Shown: piece by piece, positions 1-9,049 of the stretch
Layout: the number at the start of each line of letters is the position of its first letter
Position numbering within the stretch: the stretch's first letter is position 1
Assembly: GCA_023251075.1 (NCBI GenBank)
Contig: JAHEZM010000005.1
Coordinates: 24,753 to 88,752 of the forward strand
From: Flavobacteriales bacterium
Lineage (GTDB): Bacteria > Bacteroidota > Bacteroidia > Flavobacteriales_C > GCA-002722245
Direction: 5' to 3'
Length of the DNA stretch: 64,000 bases
Notes under the pieces: generated by a model
What the model saw: the letters and a program-made list of their open reading frames with translations, nothing else
Databases searched by the model: none
Told to the model about the DNA's origin: nothing
Program-made: the position numbers and the translations under genes

Positions 1-939
1 AAACTAGATATATATAAAGATCTTCTTTTAAAGAAGTATGACCAAAAATCAAGAGTGCGAGAAAAATTAAATCAATACATACAAGAAGTTTTAGATAAGG
101 TAAGTTCAGAATGGTTTATTGACCGTCCGGGAGAATCTGGGATAACAATTAATGTTGATTCAGAAGATCATGTTATTCATACATGGTTTAGTGGTATTGC
201 AGGTTATATTGCAGCCACTAAAGAATATGATGCAAAAAACGATAAAAAAGTATTTGAAGAATTTTGGTTGTCCAAGGATACTAAGTTGGTTCAGTTTTTA
301 GGGTTTGATTGCTCTTTTAGTCATGCTATTGTCTATCCTTCTTTACTTAGTAATCATGAGGAATTGGTCCAAGATAATTATGTGTTTACTAATGAATTTT
401 TAAAACTAGAAAATAAAGATTTTTCAACAAGTAGGGGGCATGCTATATGGGTAAATGATTTCTTAAATGAATACTCTTTAGATGCTGCTCGTTATTATTT
501 AGCTATTTATTCTCCTGAGGAAAAAGTATCGAATTTCAGTAAAAATGAGTTCATCCAATGGAATGAGGAATTTACAAAAGCAAAGGAAGATCTTTTAAAT
601 AATTTCATTGTAGTATCAGAAAAAAAGATAAGTTTTGATCTTGTTGTCAACAAGCATTCAGAAGCTCTGTCCAAGGTAATGGAAGCATGGAACCGATATT
701 CTTCAGTTCCTGAATATTCTATGAAAAAATTGGCCACTGAACTGTATGTTTTTCTGAAGTATATAAATCAATATTGCAACAATGATGAAACAGAAATGGT
801 GTTGTTATATAGTATTTTAGGAGAAGCTATACATCCTGATTTTTCATTAGAATTAAAATCTAAATATCAGTTTAAAAATCATAATTCTTTTGAGGTACTA
901 AAAGCGTTAGATTTTCATGAAAGCTATACAACCATCTGA
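1..939 (+). CDS. Class I aminoacyl-tRNA synthetase paralogue, MetRS-like (5' partial; frame is open to the window start)
   Basis: Clear MetRS homology: [10 protein letters not shown]...[29 protein letters not shown] matches E. coli MetG VWFDAPIGYM...[72 protein letters not shown] matches [37 protein letters not shown]. The KMSKS motif is degenerate (KDFSTS) and there is no long C-terminal tRNA-binding extension. Confidence 0.7.
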   Translation, partial: [312 protein letters not shown]

Positions 940-1064
940 AAATTATATTGAATAAAATGCTAAAAATTGTGTTTTAAAGACAAATGTCATGGGACCTTTA
1001 TTAGAAATACAAAAAGATAATTTTCCTGCAAATAATTTTTATTTCTGGTCGGCATTATAACAGT

Positions 1065-2141
1065 ATGGAAAACATAGATTTCGATGTAATAATAATTGGA
1101 GCGGGTATTTACGGAGCATCAATGGCGTATTCTTTATCTAAATATGGACTAAAAATAGTTTTAATAGAAAAGGAAACCCCTGGAGGTGCGGGATCAAGTA
1201 AATACTCAGGAGGAATTGTGCGGGTTTATGATGAAGATGAATCTTTAATTGCTAATAATCTTGCAGGACTTTATGAATTTGCCAATTGGAACTCTATAGG
1301 ATATCCAGGAAACTCTCCTTTTTTCCAAACGGGATTATTATATCTGCTAAAAAACGAGTCTGTTATTAGAGCAAAAGAAATTATAGAAAGGAGTTGTTCA
1401 GATGAAACAGAGTTAATCGAGTCGGAACAGCTTATTGATAATTTTCCCTTTTTAAAGAATCATACGGGTGATTATCTTTTATATGAAAAAAATAGTGGAT
1501 ACGCAGATGTACGGTTAACAATTAAAAATCTTATAGAGGGTTATAAAAGCAATGGTGGTTTATTGCTAGAAAATTGTAATGTTGAATCAGCAATAAATAA
1601 TGATGGAAATTGGAGCGTTAAAACCACATTTGCAAATCTTCATTCAAGTGTTGTTGTTTTCACAGTAGGGTCTTCCATCAGAAATTTTTTTCCTGATTTA
1701 GAAGTCTTTACTAAATCCGTACCTCTTACTTTAATAAGTGAGCGTGAAACCCCCTTCATATTACCGGTTATTGATGAAATTAATAATGTTTTCACCAGGC
1801 CTCTTAATGGTGAATTCTTTTTTTGTGGTACTCCTGGAAAACACATTAACGAATTTCCGGAACAGCTGCCAAAATATTCAGAAATAGAATTAGAGGATGT
1901 ATTATCAAAAATTTCTAAGGTCAATGGAAAAAATTATTCTGCAAATGTGATCAATGGCTTTAATGGCCATGATTCCTATACTAATGATTGTCGGCCTATT
2001 TATCAGTTTCACAAGATATTCAAAGGGGCATATTATCTATCTGGAATGTCAGGAAGAGGTTTTAAATCTTCACTTGCCGTAAGCAAAAAGGCAACAAAGG
2101 AAATAATAGAGTATTTACAAATATCTAATGAACTTAAGTGA
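1065..2141 (+). CDS. FAD-dependent oxidoreductase (DAO/glycine-sarcosine oxidase family)
   Basis: N-terminal Rossmann dinucleotide motif DVIIIGAGIYGASMAYSLSKYGLKIVLIEKE. Size of 358 aa is typical of the DAO family. Overlaps the next gene by 4 nt (ATGA), indicating operon coupling. Confidence 0.75.
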   Translation: MENIDFDVIIIGAGIYGASMAYSLSKYGLKIVLIEKETPGGAGSSKYSGGIVRVYDEDESLIANNLAGLYEFANWNSIGYPGNSPFFQTGLLYLLKNESVIRAKEIIERSCSDETELIESEQLIDNFPFLKNHTGDYLLYEKNSGYADVRLTIKNLIEGYKSNGGLLLENCNVESAINNDGNWSVKTTFANLHSSVVVFTVGSSIRNFFPDLEVFTKSVPLTLISERETPFILPVIDEINNVFTRPLNGEFFFCGTPGKHINEFPEQLPKYSEIELEDVLSKISKVNGKNYSANVINGFNGHDSYTNDCRPIYQFHKIFKGAYYLSGMSGRGFKSSLAVSKKATKEIIEYLQISNELK

Positions 2142-3115
2142 ACTCTATTTTTAAAATAGGAATGGTAGCGAGTATAAGCGATTTTACATCTGTTCATCGT
2201 GAAACTTTTAAAAATGCGGCAAGCTTATTTAGTGCATTGCATTTAAATATAGATAGTTCACGATCTCCTAGTTTATTATGGGAAGACGATTTTGCCAGTG
2301 AAATAGGGGGAATGAAAAGTGCTTTAAATTTAATTAAGCGTAAAGCAAATATAGTAATTGGTCATTTTGCTTCTTCGGCCGCCCTATCAGCATTAGAAAC
2401 ATATAATAATCAAATTCCTGTTCTATTACCTGCAGCAACTCTAGATAGAATAACTGAGAATCATTCCAATGCTTTTCGTTTAATAGGTAAAGACAGTGAC
2501 CTGATAGAATATCTATTTGCAGATATCAATCCCCAAAAAAACAGGATTCTTATTTGGGCAACCCATGATGGTTCTTTACATGGAAAAAATATTCAGCATT
2601 TCGCGAAGCTGTTTGCAGATAAATTTAATATCATCATAGCTACGGAATACTCTGAAAGTGTAAATTTTATATTATACTCTGGTTCTTTTTATAATAGTAT
2701 GGAGTTCTTGAGAAATTATAGTGGTGTTTCGTGTCCTATATTATTTACAGATGACGTAATTCATCCTAATATCGGTGATGAAATAGCTAAAAATAAGTTG
2801 GTTGATATTACAGCGTATGGATATTCATTAGATAAGAACCAGACTATGCGGGAATTATCTGATATTTATACAAGTCGATTTAATAAAGCTCCAGGAACTT
2901 ATTTTTTTGAAACTTATTCAGCTTTGCAAATCGCTTTGCAAATCGCTCTTATTTACAATAAAAAGCAACTCCTTTCTTCTGAAATAATAGAATTGCTACA
3001 ACACAACAGCTGGGATACTGCATTAGGAAAGATTAAATTTCAGAAGGGAGAAAATAATTTAGACCGCTATTCAAAATTTATTTTTAAAAACGGAAATCTA
3101 ATAGAAGAAAAATAA
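2138..3115 (+). CDS. Periplasmic-binding-protein type 1-like (LivJ-like) domain protein, no signal peptide
   Basis: IGMVASISD...ANIVIGHFASSAALSALETYNNQIPVLLPAATLDRIT...NAFRLIGKDSDLIEYL resembles the Peripla_BP_6/LivJ fold pattern. No signal peptide, so probably a cytoplasmic ligand-binding module. Confidence 0.4.
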   Translation: MNSIFKIGMVASISDFTSVHRETFKNAASLFSALHLNIDSSRSPSLLWEDDFASEIGGMKSALNLIKRKANIVIGHFASSAALSALETYNNQIPVLLPAATLDRITENHSNAFRLIGKDSDLIEYLFADINPQKNRILIWATHDGSLHGKNIQHFAKLFADKFNIIIATEYSESVNFILYSGSFYNSMEFLRNYSGVSCPILFTDDVIHPNIGDEIAKNKLVDITAYGYSLDKNQTMRELSDIYTSRFNKAPGTYFFETYSALQIALQIALIYNKKQLLSSEIIELLQHNSWDTALGKIKFQKGENNLDRYSKFIFKNGNLIEEK

Positions 3116-4081
3116 ATGGAAAATAAAATTGAAGATATTCTAGATAAAGAAATCGATAAACTAAGGCGCTTTAGTAATAAAATTAACCCGCAAAAAATTT
3201 ATGAACTACCCATTGAGCAGAGTAGGAAAATTGCTAAAGAAAGCATTTTGCCATTTACTTTAAAAAATGAAAAAAGCACTTCTTATGTTGAGCATGAATT
3301 ATTTTTTGGTAATGAAGAAGCTATTAAGATTAGGGTTTATTCTGCCGATAGAAAAGATTATCAAACCGGAATTGTTTTCTTTCATGGAGGTGGGTATGTA
3401 TTATATGATGTAGATGTTTATCACTCATTATGCGAATTTATTAGTGAAGCTTGTAATTCTAAGGTCATTTTTGTTGAATATAGAAAACCTCCTTACTATG
3501 AAATAGTAAATACTTATCAGGATTGTAAAAATACCTTGGATTGGGTTGTTTTGAATAAATTATTTTTAGGAATAGACAATATTGTTTTAATGGGAGATAG
3601 TGTCGGCGGTAATCTTGTTCTAAAAACTTTCCAAGAGTCGGAAAAAAATATCGATTTAATTGTTTTATGTTATCCGGTTCTTTCTTGGAATTTTACAAAT
3701 TTATCTTATCAAAAATATGGTGAAGGATATTTCTTAGACCAAAAGTTAATGGAGTGGTTTAAAAGAATTTCTTTTGGTCATTTAAATGATGATGAATTAA
3801 AAAAATATAACTTTACTTTTTTTAATGAAGAGATACCTAATTTGATTTTGATTTCGTCTGAATTTGATGTGCTTCGAGATGAATCATTTATATTTCAAAT
3901 GCAACTACAATCCCAAAATTCCAAATCAGTACATCTTCACTTTGAAAATATGGGTCATAACTTTCTATTGATGGCAGGGAGATTTAATTCAGCAAAAGAT
4001 GCACTCATAAAAATTTGTAACCAATTAAATATTCATATTAACCAATTAAATCATGAACGAAAAATTAAAAATCAAAATTGA
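3116..4081 (+). CDS. Alpha/beta-hydrolase fold-3 esterase/lipase (HSL family)
   Basis: HGGG oxyanion motif (VFFHGGGYVLYD) and GDSVGG nucleophile elbow. Immediately abuts the previous gene. Confidence 0.8.
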   Translation: MENKIEDILDKEIDKLRRFSNKINPQKIYELPIEQSRKIAKESILPFTLKNEKSTSYVEHELFFGNEEAIKIRVYSADRKDYQTGIVFFHGGGYVLYDVDVYHSLCEFISEACNSKVIFVEYRKPPYYEIVNTYQDCKNTLDWVVLNKLFLGIDNIVLMGDSVGGNLVLKTFQESEKNIDLIVLCYPVLSWNFTNLSYQKYGEGYFLDQKLMEWFKRISFGHLNDDELKKYNFTFFNEEIPNLILISSEFDVLRDESFIFQMQLQSQNSKSVHLHFENMGHNFLLMAGRFNSAKDALIKICNQLNIHINQLNHERKIKNQN

Positions 4082-4457
4082 GCATTATGAAAGTAAACTT
4101 TCATTTGAAGCCGATTCGTCGGATGTTTGGACTGCGGTTGACAATAAGGAAAATGTAATTGTTTTAGACGCAAGGTCGCCAAAAGCATATGAAAATGAAC
4201 ATATTGTGAATGCAATTAACATTCATCATAAACTAATGGATGAGAATACTACGAAGCATTTAGATAAAAATGCTCTTATTATTACTTATTGTGATGGTAT
4301 AGGATGTAATGCTTCTACAAAAGGCGCTTTGAAAATGGCCAAATTAGGGTTTGATGTAAAAGAGCTTTTAGGAGGTTTAGACTGGTGGAAAAGAGATGGG
4401 TATCCAACCCACATCTTGAGCACAAATAAAATTGCAGACCCTTCTTGTTGTATTTAA
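4053..4457 (+). CDS. Single-domain rhodanese-like sulfurtransferase
   Basis: Rhodanese active-site loop YCDGIGCNAS with catalytic Cys. Size is 134 aa. Confidence 0.7.
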   Translation: MNEKLKIKIEHYESKLSFEADSSDVWTAVDNKENVIVLDARSPKAYENEHIVNAINIHHKLMDENTTKHLDKNALIITYCDGIGCNASTKGALKMAKLGFDVKELLGGLDWWKRDGYPTHILSTNKIADPSCCI

Positions 4458-4463
4458 TATGAA

Positions 4464-4496
4464 TTGCCCACAGATCAAACTCTGTGGGCAATTTTT
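4464..4496 (+). terminator. Intrinsic terminator/attenuator-like hairpin between the rhodanese gene and the condensation-domain gene
   Basis: 11-bp perfect stem ttgcccacaga/tctgtgggcaa with loop tcaaac, followed by TTTTT. It ends 1 nt before the candidate ATG at 4498. Confidence 0.45.
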
Positions 4497-4497
4497 A

Positions 4498-6132
4498 ATG
4501 CCTTATTCGATGAACGAAATCAATGGATTTATTCATTTTCTTACTGAAAAGAAAATTGAATTACAGTGTAGTGAAGGACAATTGAAGATTTCCGCACCTA
4601 AAAATGTATTAACCAATGAAATCATTTCTGAAATACAGAAGAATAAAGCAAAGCTAATTGAGCTTTTAGTCTCCATCGAAAGCAAGGATCACAGACCTTT
4701 AATTCAGAAAATAGAAAAACAGGAAGGAATTTATAAAACTACCTATTCGCAAAAGGCTCAATGGGCAAAGTATAACTTTTCTTCCTTTTGGATTGCTGAA
4801 AATGGGTGCTTAATAAAGATTTTTAAAGAAATAAATCTTGATTTATTCAAACAAGCGTTATGGTTATTTGTTTTTAGGCATGATTGCCTTACCTCTCACT
4901 ATGAATTTACCGACGGAGATTTGGTTCAGGTTACTCAGGCTCAAAACCTACGAACCCCAGCGTTAAGGGTGTTAAAATTATCAAATGTTGCTGATATTTC
5001 AAGTTCCTCTAAGGAAATTTACCACAAAGAACTGAACACTTCTTTCGATTTAAATAAAGGTCCTTTATTTAGAGTAACAGTAGCTTCTTTTAATGAAGAG
5101 AATCACCATGTTTTTTATACTATTGATTCTAGCATTTATGATAGGATGTCTGAGCATATTATTATTAGTGAAATAGACGAAATATATGAATGTTTAAAAA
5201 ATAGAAAGCACATCAATTTGCCTGAAATTAATTTTCAATACCATGAATTTAGTGAATGGGAAGACACTTTGCTTAAAGGTAAATATGGAAATATTCTGAG
5301 AAATTATTGGAAGAAATATGTAAGTTCATTTAGGGAAGTAACCTATTTACCTACAGATTTTCCTTATGATTACCGCAAATCAAATTCAATGAATTATTTA
5401 GATGCATTTGAATTTGAAATTAAAAATTTTTGTAAACCAACTGCAATAGAGAAATTTGAATATATTTCCGGAACACGTTCTTCATTTAAATTTGTTTCAG
5501 GAGGCCTTTTTAAATTTACATTTTCTGACCAAAATATAATTCTACAGTTAAGAGATTTTTCCAAAGAAAATGCTATTTCCATGTATTCTATATTTCTTAG
5601 CGTATTCTATTTGTTATTTCACAAATTATCGAATCAAAAGGAAATTGTAATTGGAAATTGCGTTTCTTTAAAAGACGACCCTAAACTAAATCAAACAATA
5701 GGGTTTTTTACAAATATTATTTTTACTAAAGCAGAAGTAGACGAAAAAGAAGAATATTTATATTTTGTTAAACGGGTTATGAATGATTTCATAAATTGCT
5801 ATGAGCATAAAAATTATCCGTGGGAAAAAGTTCTTGAAGAAAGTAATAATGCTTACCATAAGTTATCCTTATTGTTCCTTGATTATTTAAATCTTGGTGA
5901 AAGGGAATCCGAAGAGGATAATGGGCGGTTAGAACATGAAGAGGGAGCCCCTGCTATATTTGATAACAGTTGTTTTATCCATGAATATAGAAATGCAATT
6001 CAGTTCCAGTGGATATATTCTAAACAATTATTTCATGAAGAAACGGTAAAAAACTTCATTGAAGAATATAAAAAAATACTTTTTACAGTGGTTAATAACC
6101 CTCAGAGCACAATTAAAAATATTCTACAATGA
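4498..6132 (+). CDS. Stand-alone NRPS-type condensation-domain protein with TubC-like N-terminal docking domain. The ORF track start 4432 lies inside the upstream hairpin; 4498 or 4510 is the likely start.
   Basis: The N-terminal ~60 aa (FLTEKKIELQCSEGQLKISAPKNVLTNEIISEIQKNKAKLIELL) match the TubC_N docking pattern. Condensation-domain core motifs are recognisable. C1 is SQKAQWAKY, C2 is FRHDCLTSHY, and C3 is HHVFYTIDSS (HH present, Asp spacing altered). C4 is QYHEFSEWE, C5 is IGFFTNIIFT, and C6 is HKNYPWE. Confidence 0.7.
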   Translation: MPYSMNEINGFIHFLTEKKIELQCSEGQLKISAPKNVLTNEIISEIQKNKAKLIELLVSIESKDHRPLIQKIEKQEGIYKTTYSQKAQWAKYNFSSFWIAENGCLIKIFKEINLDLFKQALWLFVFRHDCLTSHYEFTDGDLVQVTQAQNLRTPALRVLKLSNVADISSSSKEIYHKELNTSFDLNKGPLFRVTVASFNEENHHVFYTIDSSIYDRMSEHIIISEIDEIYECLKNRKHINLPEINFQYHEFSEWEDTLLKGKYGNILRNYWKKYVSSFREVTYLPTDFPYDYRKSNSMNYLDAFEFEIKNFCKPTAIEKFEYISGTRSSFKFVSGGLFKFTFSDQNIILQLRDFSKENAISMYSIFLSVFYLLFHKLSNQKEIVIGNCVSLKDDPKLNQTIGFFTNIIFTKAEVDEKEEYLYFVKRVMNDFINCYEHKNYPWEKVLEESNNAYHKLSLLFLDYLNLGERESEEDNGRLEHEEGAPAIFDNSCFIHEYRNAIQFQWIYSKQLFHEETVKNFIEEYKKILFTVVNNPQSTIKNILQ

Positions 6133-6154
6133 GCTTATAACCATTGATTTAGTT

Positions 6155-6886
6155 TCAGTTGTTTTTTAAAATCAATAATTCTGCATAATTCAATACTGTA
6201 TTAAAATGGCTTCCGCTACTTGTGTTTTGGCCGTGTAAACAGTAGGTATACAATTCAGGATCATCCATGATGGATAACTTATTTTGAGCCAATAAATGAT
6301 GTAATACAGGAGTATCTTCTTGTTTGTTCAAACTTGAATAAATTCCCATTTCAGATTTAAGGCACATTAAAGTTCCTTCCCATCCGTCATTGCGGGGGTT
6401 GGCCAGGTATCTTTTGCCAGTGCTTTTATCATAAATAATTAAACTGGCTAATGCACAGGCTGGTTTTTTTGAGAATTCAATAAAATTTTTCTGATTAAAC
6501 AATCGGTCTTTACTGTAAATATCATCGTCATCCCAAATACAAATGTATTCTCCTTGAACACTTTGCGTAGCAAGATTTCTTTTATCTCCTAAAGTAATGG
6601 GTTCTTTGGATTGTATTCGGTAGAAATAAATGTTTGATTCGCCTTTGTGAGTCACATCTGACTTACATTTCAATATATTGTCATCATTTTTTTGTACATC
6701 AATAAGTTCTATTTTATTAAAACTATTGTCCGAATTAACAAAGTCATTGGTTTCTTCGTCCTCAGCCATGTAAAAAATGTTGAGGTCTTTGTTCTCGTAA
6801 GTTTGTGCTTTAAAATAGGAGATAGAATCTTTTAAATAATTGACTCTTTGGTGTGTAATACAAACACAGGATATTTTTTCTTTCAT
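6155..6886 (-). CDS. Glycosyltransferase, GT2-like
   Basis: The N-terminus ISCVCITHQRVNYLKDSISYFKAQTYENKDLNIFYMAEDEE parallels the GT2 start (SVIIPT...NQTY...VVDDGS). An acidic DxD-type motif ICIWDDDDIYSKDRL is present. Confidence 0.55.
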   Translation of the reverse strand: MKEKISCVCITHQRVNYLKDSISYFKAQTYENKDLNIFYMAEDEETNDFVNSDNSFNKIELIDVQKNDDNILKCKSDVTHKGESNIYFYRIQSKEPITLGDKRNLATQSVQGEYICIWDDDDIYSKDRLFNQKNFIEFSKKPACALASLIIYDKSTGKRYLANPRNDGWEGTLMCLKSEMGIYSSLNKQEDTPVLHHLLAQNKLSIMDDPELYTYCLHGQNTSSGSHFNTVLNYAELLILKNN

Positions 6887-6893
6887 TTTGAAA

Positions 6894-7946
6894 TTACATA
6901 TAGGTATTAATAAATTCTTCCGGGAAATTGAGGCTTTCGAATACTCTGTTTTCCTGATCTTTTAAAAATGGATTTTCCATCATTCCACTTAATACATAAA
7001 CAAATGGAAATTGATCGGGGTTGTCATCGAAAGGCACAAAAAATTGCAGATGAAGTTTAGAAGTGGATACATCTAAATATTGAATGAACATTTCTACATT
7101 TTCTTCGCTTCCTTCATGAATAAATTTGTAATAAAAGTAGTTGAGCTGATACCAATACAAGCGGAAATAATATTTTTCAAGCGCCTCATATTGGTTGATT
7201 TTCTGCAGATATGCTTTAATATCATCGAGAATAAAAAAAATACTTTTGATATGTTTTTCTGTACAGGCAGAAGTCATGGTGGATCCTTGCCGTTGAATAT
7301 AGGTATAGTAGTCTTCGCGAATTACTTTTATCTTTTTACAGCTGGATAGGCAACTTACATTTTGTGCGAGATCTTCAAAGAATACTTCCCCAGGGAATCT
7401 ACATTTACCATTAAGAAAAAGTTTTGCTGAATATATTTTATTGGCACAGGAAGGTAAAATTTTCATACAGAGAAATGACTTCATTATTTTGTCGGCAGAA
7501 TATATCCCTGCTTCAATACCCTTATCTATTCCATGATTTCTTTCTTTCTCAATATTTTCTTCGTAAGTGTTTACTATTTCTTTTGTAAACAGCAAAGCAT
7601 CTACCTCTTCTTCATTGGTAAGCTCCTTATATATAGAGGTCAATGCATTTTCAGGTATAGTATCATCGCTATCAATGAACCAGAAATATTTGCCTTGAGC
7701 AATTTCAATTCCTTTGTTGCGCGCAGTACCTTGCCCCAAGTTATTTTGCGAAATGTATTTAATGAAAGAATATTGCTGGTGAAATTTTAAAATTATTTTT
7801 TCTGAATCATCTGTACTTCCATCATTAATGAGAATTAATTCAAAATCAGTGAAACTTTGATGGATAATAGAATTTAAACAATTCTCTAAATACCTCTCCA
7901 CATTAAAAACCGGAATGATGATACTAAAAAATGGTAATGAATTCAT
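6894..7946 (-). CDS. Glycosyltransferase family 2
   Basis: Classic GT2 N-terminus FSIIIPVFNVERYLENCLNSIIHQSFTDFELILINDGSTDDS and WFIDSDDTI motif. Confidence 0.85.
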   Translation of the reverse strand: MNSLPFFSIIIPVFNVERYLENCLNSIIHQSFTDFELILINDGSTDDSEKIILKFHQQYSFIKYISQNNLGQGTARNKGIEIAQGKYFWFIDSDDTIPENALTSIYKELTNEEEVDALLFTKEIVNTYEENIEKERNHGIDKGIEAGIYSADKIMKSFLCMKILPSCANKIYSAKLFLNGKCRFPGEVFFEDLAQNVSCLSSCKKIKVIREDYYTYIQRQGSTMTSACTEKHIKSIFFILDDIKAYLQKINQYEALEKYYFRLYWYQLNYFYYKFIHEGSEENVEMFIQYLDVSTSKLHLQFFVPFDDNPDQFPFVYVLSGMMENPFLKDQENRVFESLNFPEEFINTYM

Positions 7947-8060
7947 AGTTCTTGTTCGGTTACACGTGATCAGGCATTGTTAAGTTATGTTCAAAAGTAC
8001 TAAATAGTTATATAAATAATTGCTTTTTGTTTTTAACTTAGCTGCTTCACTAACTTAACT

Positions 8061-9038
8061 ATGAATATTACCGATAAAAAATGGGTAGATGCCATCTACA
8101 AACCTCGCTGGATTCTTTTTACATGGAAGTATACTGATTGGAATGTTATCTATTTCAATTTTCTTTCTTCTTTATACAAAGAGTTAAATTCCAGAAAAGA
8201 AATTTCAAGTATTTACATTACCCGATTTCAGGTGGATGAAAATGAATTCAAGGTAAATATTGCTGTTAATACATCAATGTACCATGTTGAAGAGATTCGG
8301 AAATTTGTTTTTGAAGAGTTTGATAAATACAAGGGGTCAAGTTTTTTTGCGCTGGAGAGTAAATATGATCAGATAGAATTTAAAGATTATCATATTTTTT
8401 CTGGTTTAGGTGCGAGCAAATTATTATATGAAAGTATTTTACCCATTACTTCAAATTGTTTACTCTCTTTTATGGCTGAGTTCGGAGAAAATTTTGATTT
8501 AGAAACTGCTTTAGAAAAGTCGATTCCTATTACATTAGGTTTATTACATGCTGCCGGATTGGAGAAAGATCAAATGCATTTATTTTATGATTATTTTTTT
8601 AATCTTCAATTAAGGCATATTAATACGGTGGAAACCAATGATGAATTAAGAGATAATTATATTAATGAGGTAAGGAAGAATTATTTACTACAGAAAGATG
8701 CTTTTATAGGCATTAGCGATTATTTAAGTGATGCCTTACTAGAAAATGAAATGGTGGATGAAGATTGGATTAATGAATGGTTTGGGGAATGCAGAAAGAT
8801 TCGTGAGCAGGTAATTCATTTGCCTGAACATATGTATATAGCATCGTTTAATTTTCAACCTGATGAGGATAGTAAATTAGATTTATTGACTCAGAAAAAA
8901 TTCAATATTATACAAAGTCTTTTAAGCGAGGTTCATTGGCAAACAGGTATCACCTACGTTTATCACATGAATTTAATTTATGCTTTAAAAGAGGGTTTTA
9001 AATCTATTTTTGAAACTAAACAATATCAAAAATACTAA
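8061..9038 (+). CDS. Hypothetical protein. Weak resemblance to the lanthipeptide-dehydratase C-terminal (SpaB_C / thiopeptide-type bacteriocin biosynthesis) domain.
   Basis: A 325-aa ORF with no signal peptide. SIYITRFQVDENEFKVNIAV loosely resembles the wFFiRY.D.gpHLRLRl core of PF14028. It sits 12 nt upstream of the TolC-like gene. The family assignment is unverified. Confidence 0.3.
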   Translation: MNITDKKWVDAIYKPRWILFTWKYTDWNVIYFNFLSSLYKELNSRKEISSIYITRFQVDENEFKVNIAVNTSMYHVEEIRKFVFEEFDKYKGSSFFALESKYDQIEFKDYHIFSGLGASKLLYESILPITSNCLLSFMAEFGENFDLETALEKSIPITLGLLHAAGLEKDQMHLFYDYFFNLQLRHINTVETNDELRDNYINEVRKNYLLQKDAFIGISDYLSDALLENEMVDEDWINEWFGECRKIREQVIHLPEHMYIASFNFQPDEDSKLDLLTQKKFNIIQSLLSEVHWQTGITYVYHMNLIYALKEGFKSIFETKQYQKY

Positions 9039-9049
9039 GCAATTAATTT

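Noticed and set aside
507-737. Short antisense or alternative-frame ORFs embedded in long genes. Examples: 507..737, 1640..1924, 5394..5582, 16267..16506, 17005..17304, 24568..25035, 25063..25350, 40687..40881, 41732..42016, 56713..57111 and many others in the track.
   Set aside because: Each lies wholly inside a longer ORF that has strong homology-style motifs on the other strand or frame. None has an RBS, promoter context or recognisable motifs, so they are treated as spurious.
1-939. Possibility that the MetRS-like ORF is simply the housekeeping metG.
   Set aside because: Not fully excluded because the N-terminus is outside the window. The degenerate KMSKS (KDFSTS), the absent C-terminal tRNA-binding domain and the operon context with a C domain, esterase and rhodanese argue for a paralogue. 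Kept as a finding with an explicit refutation test.
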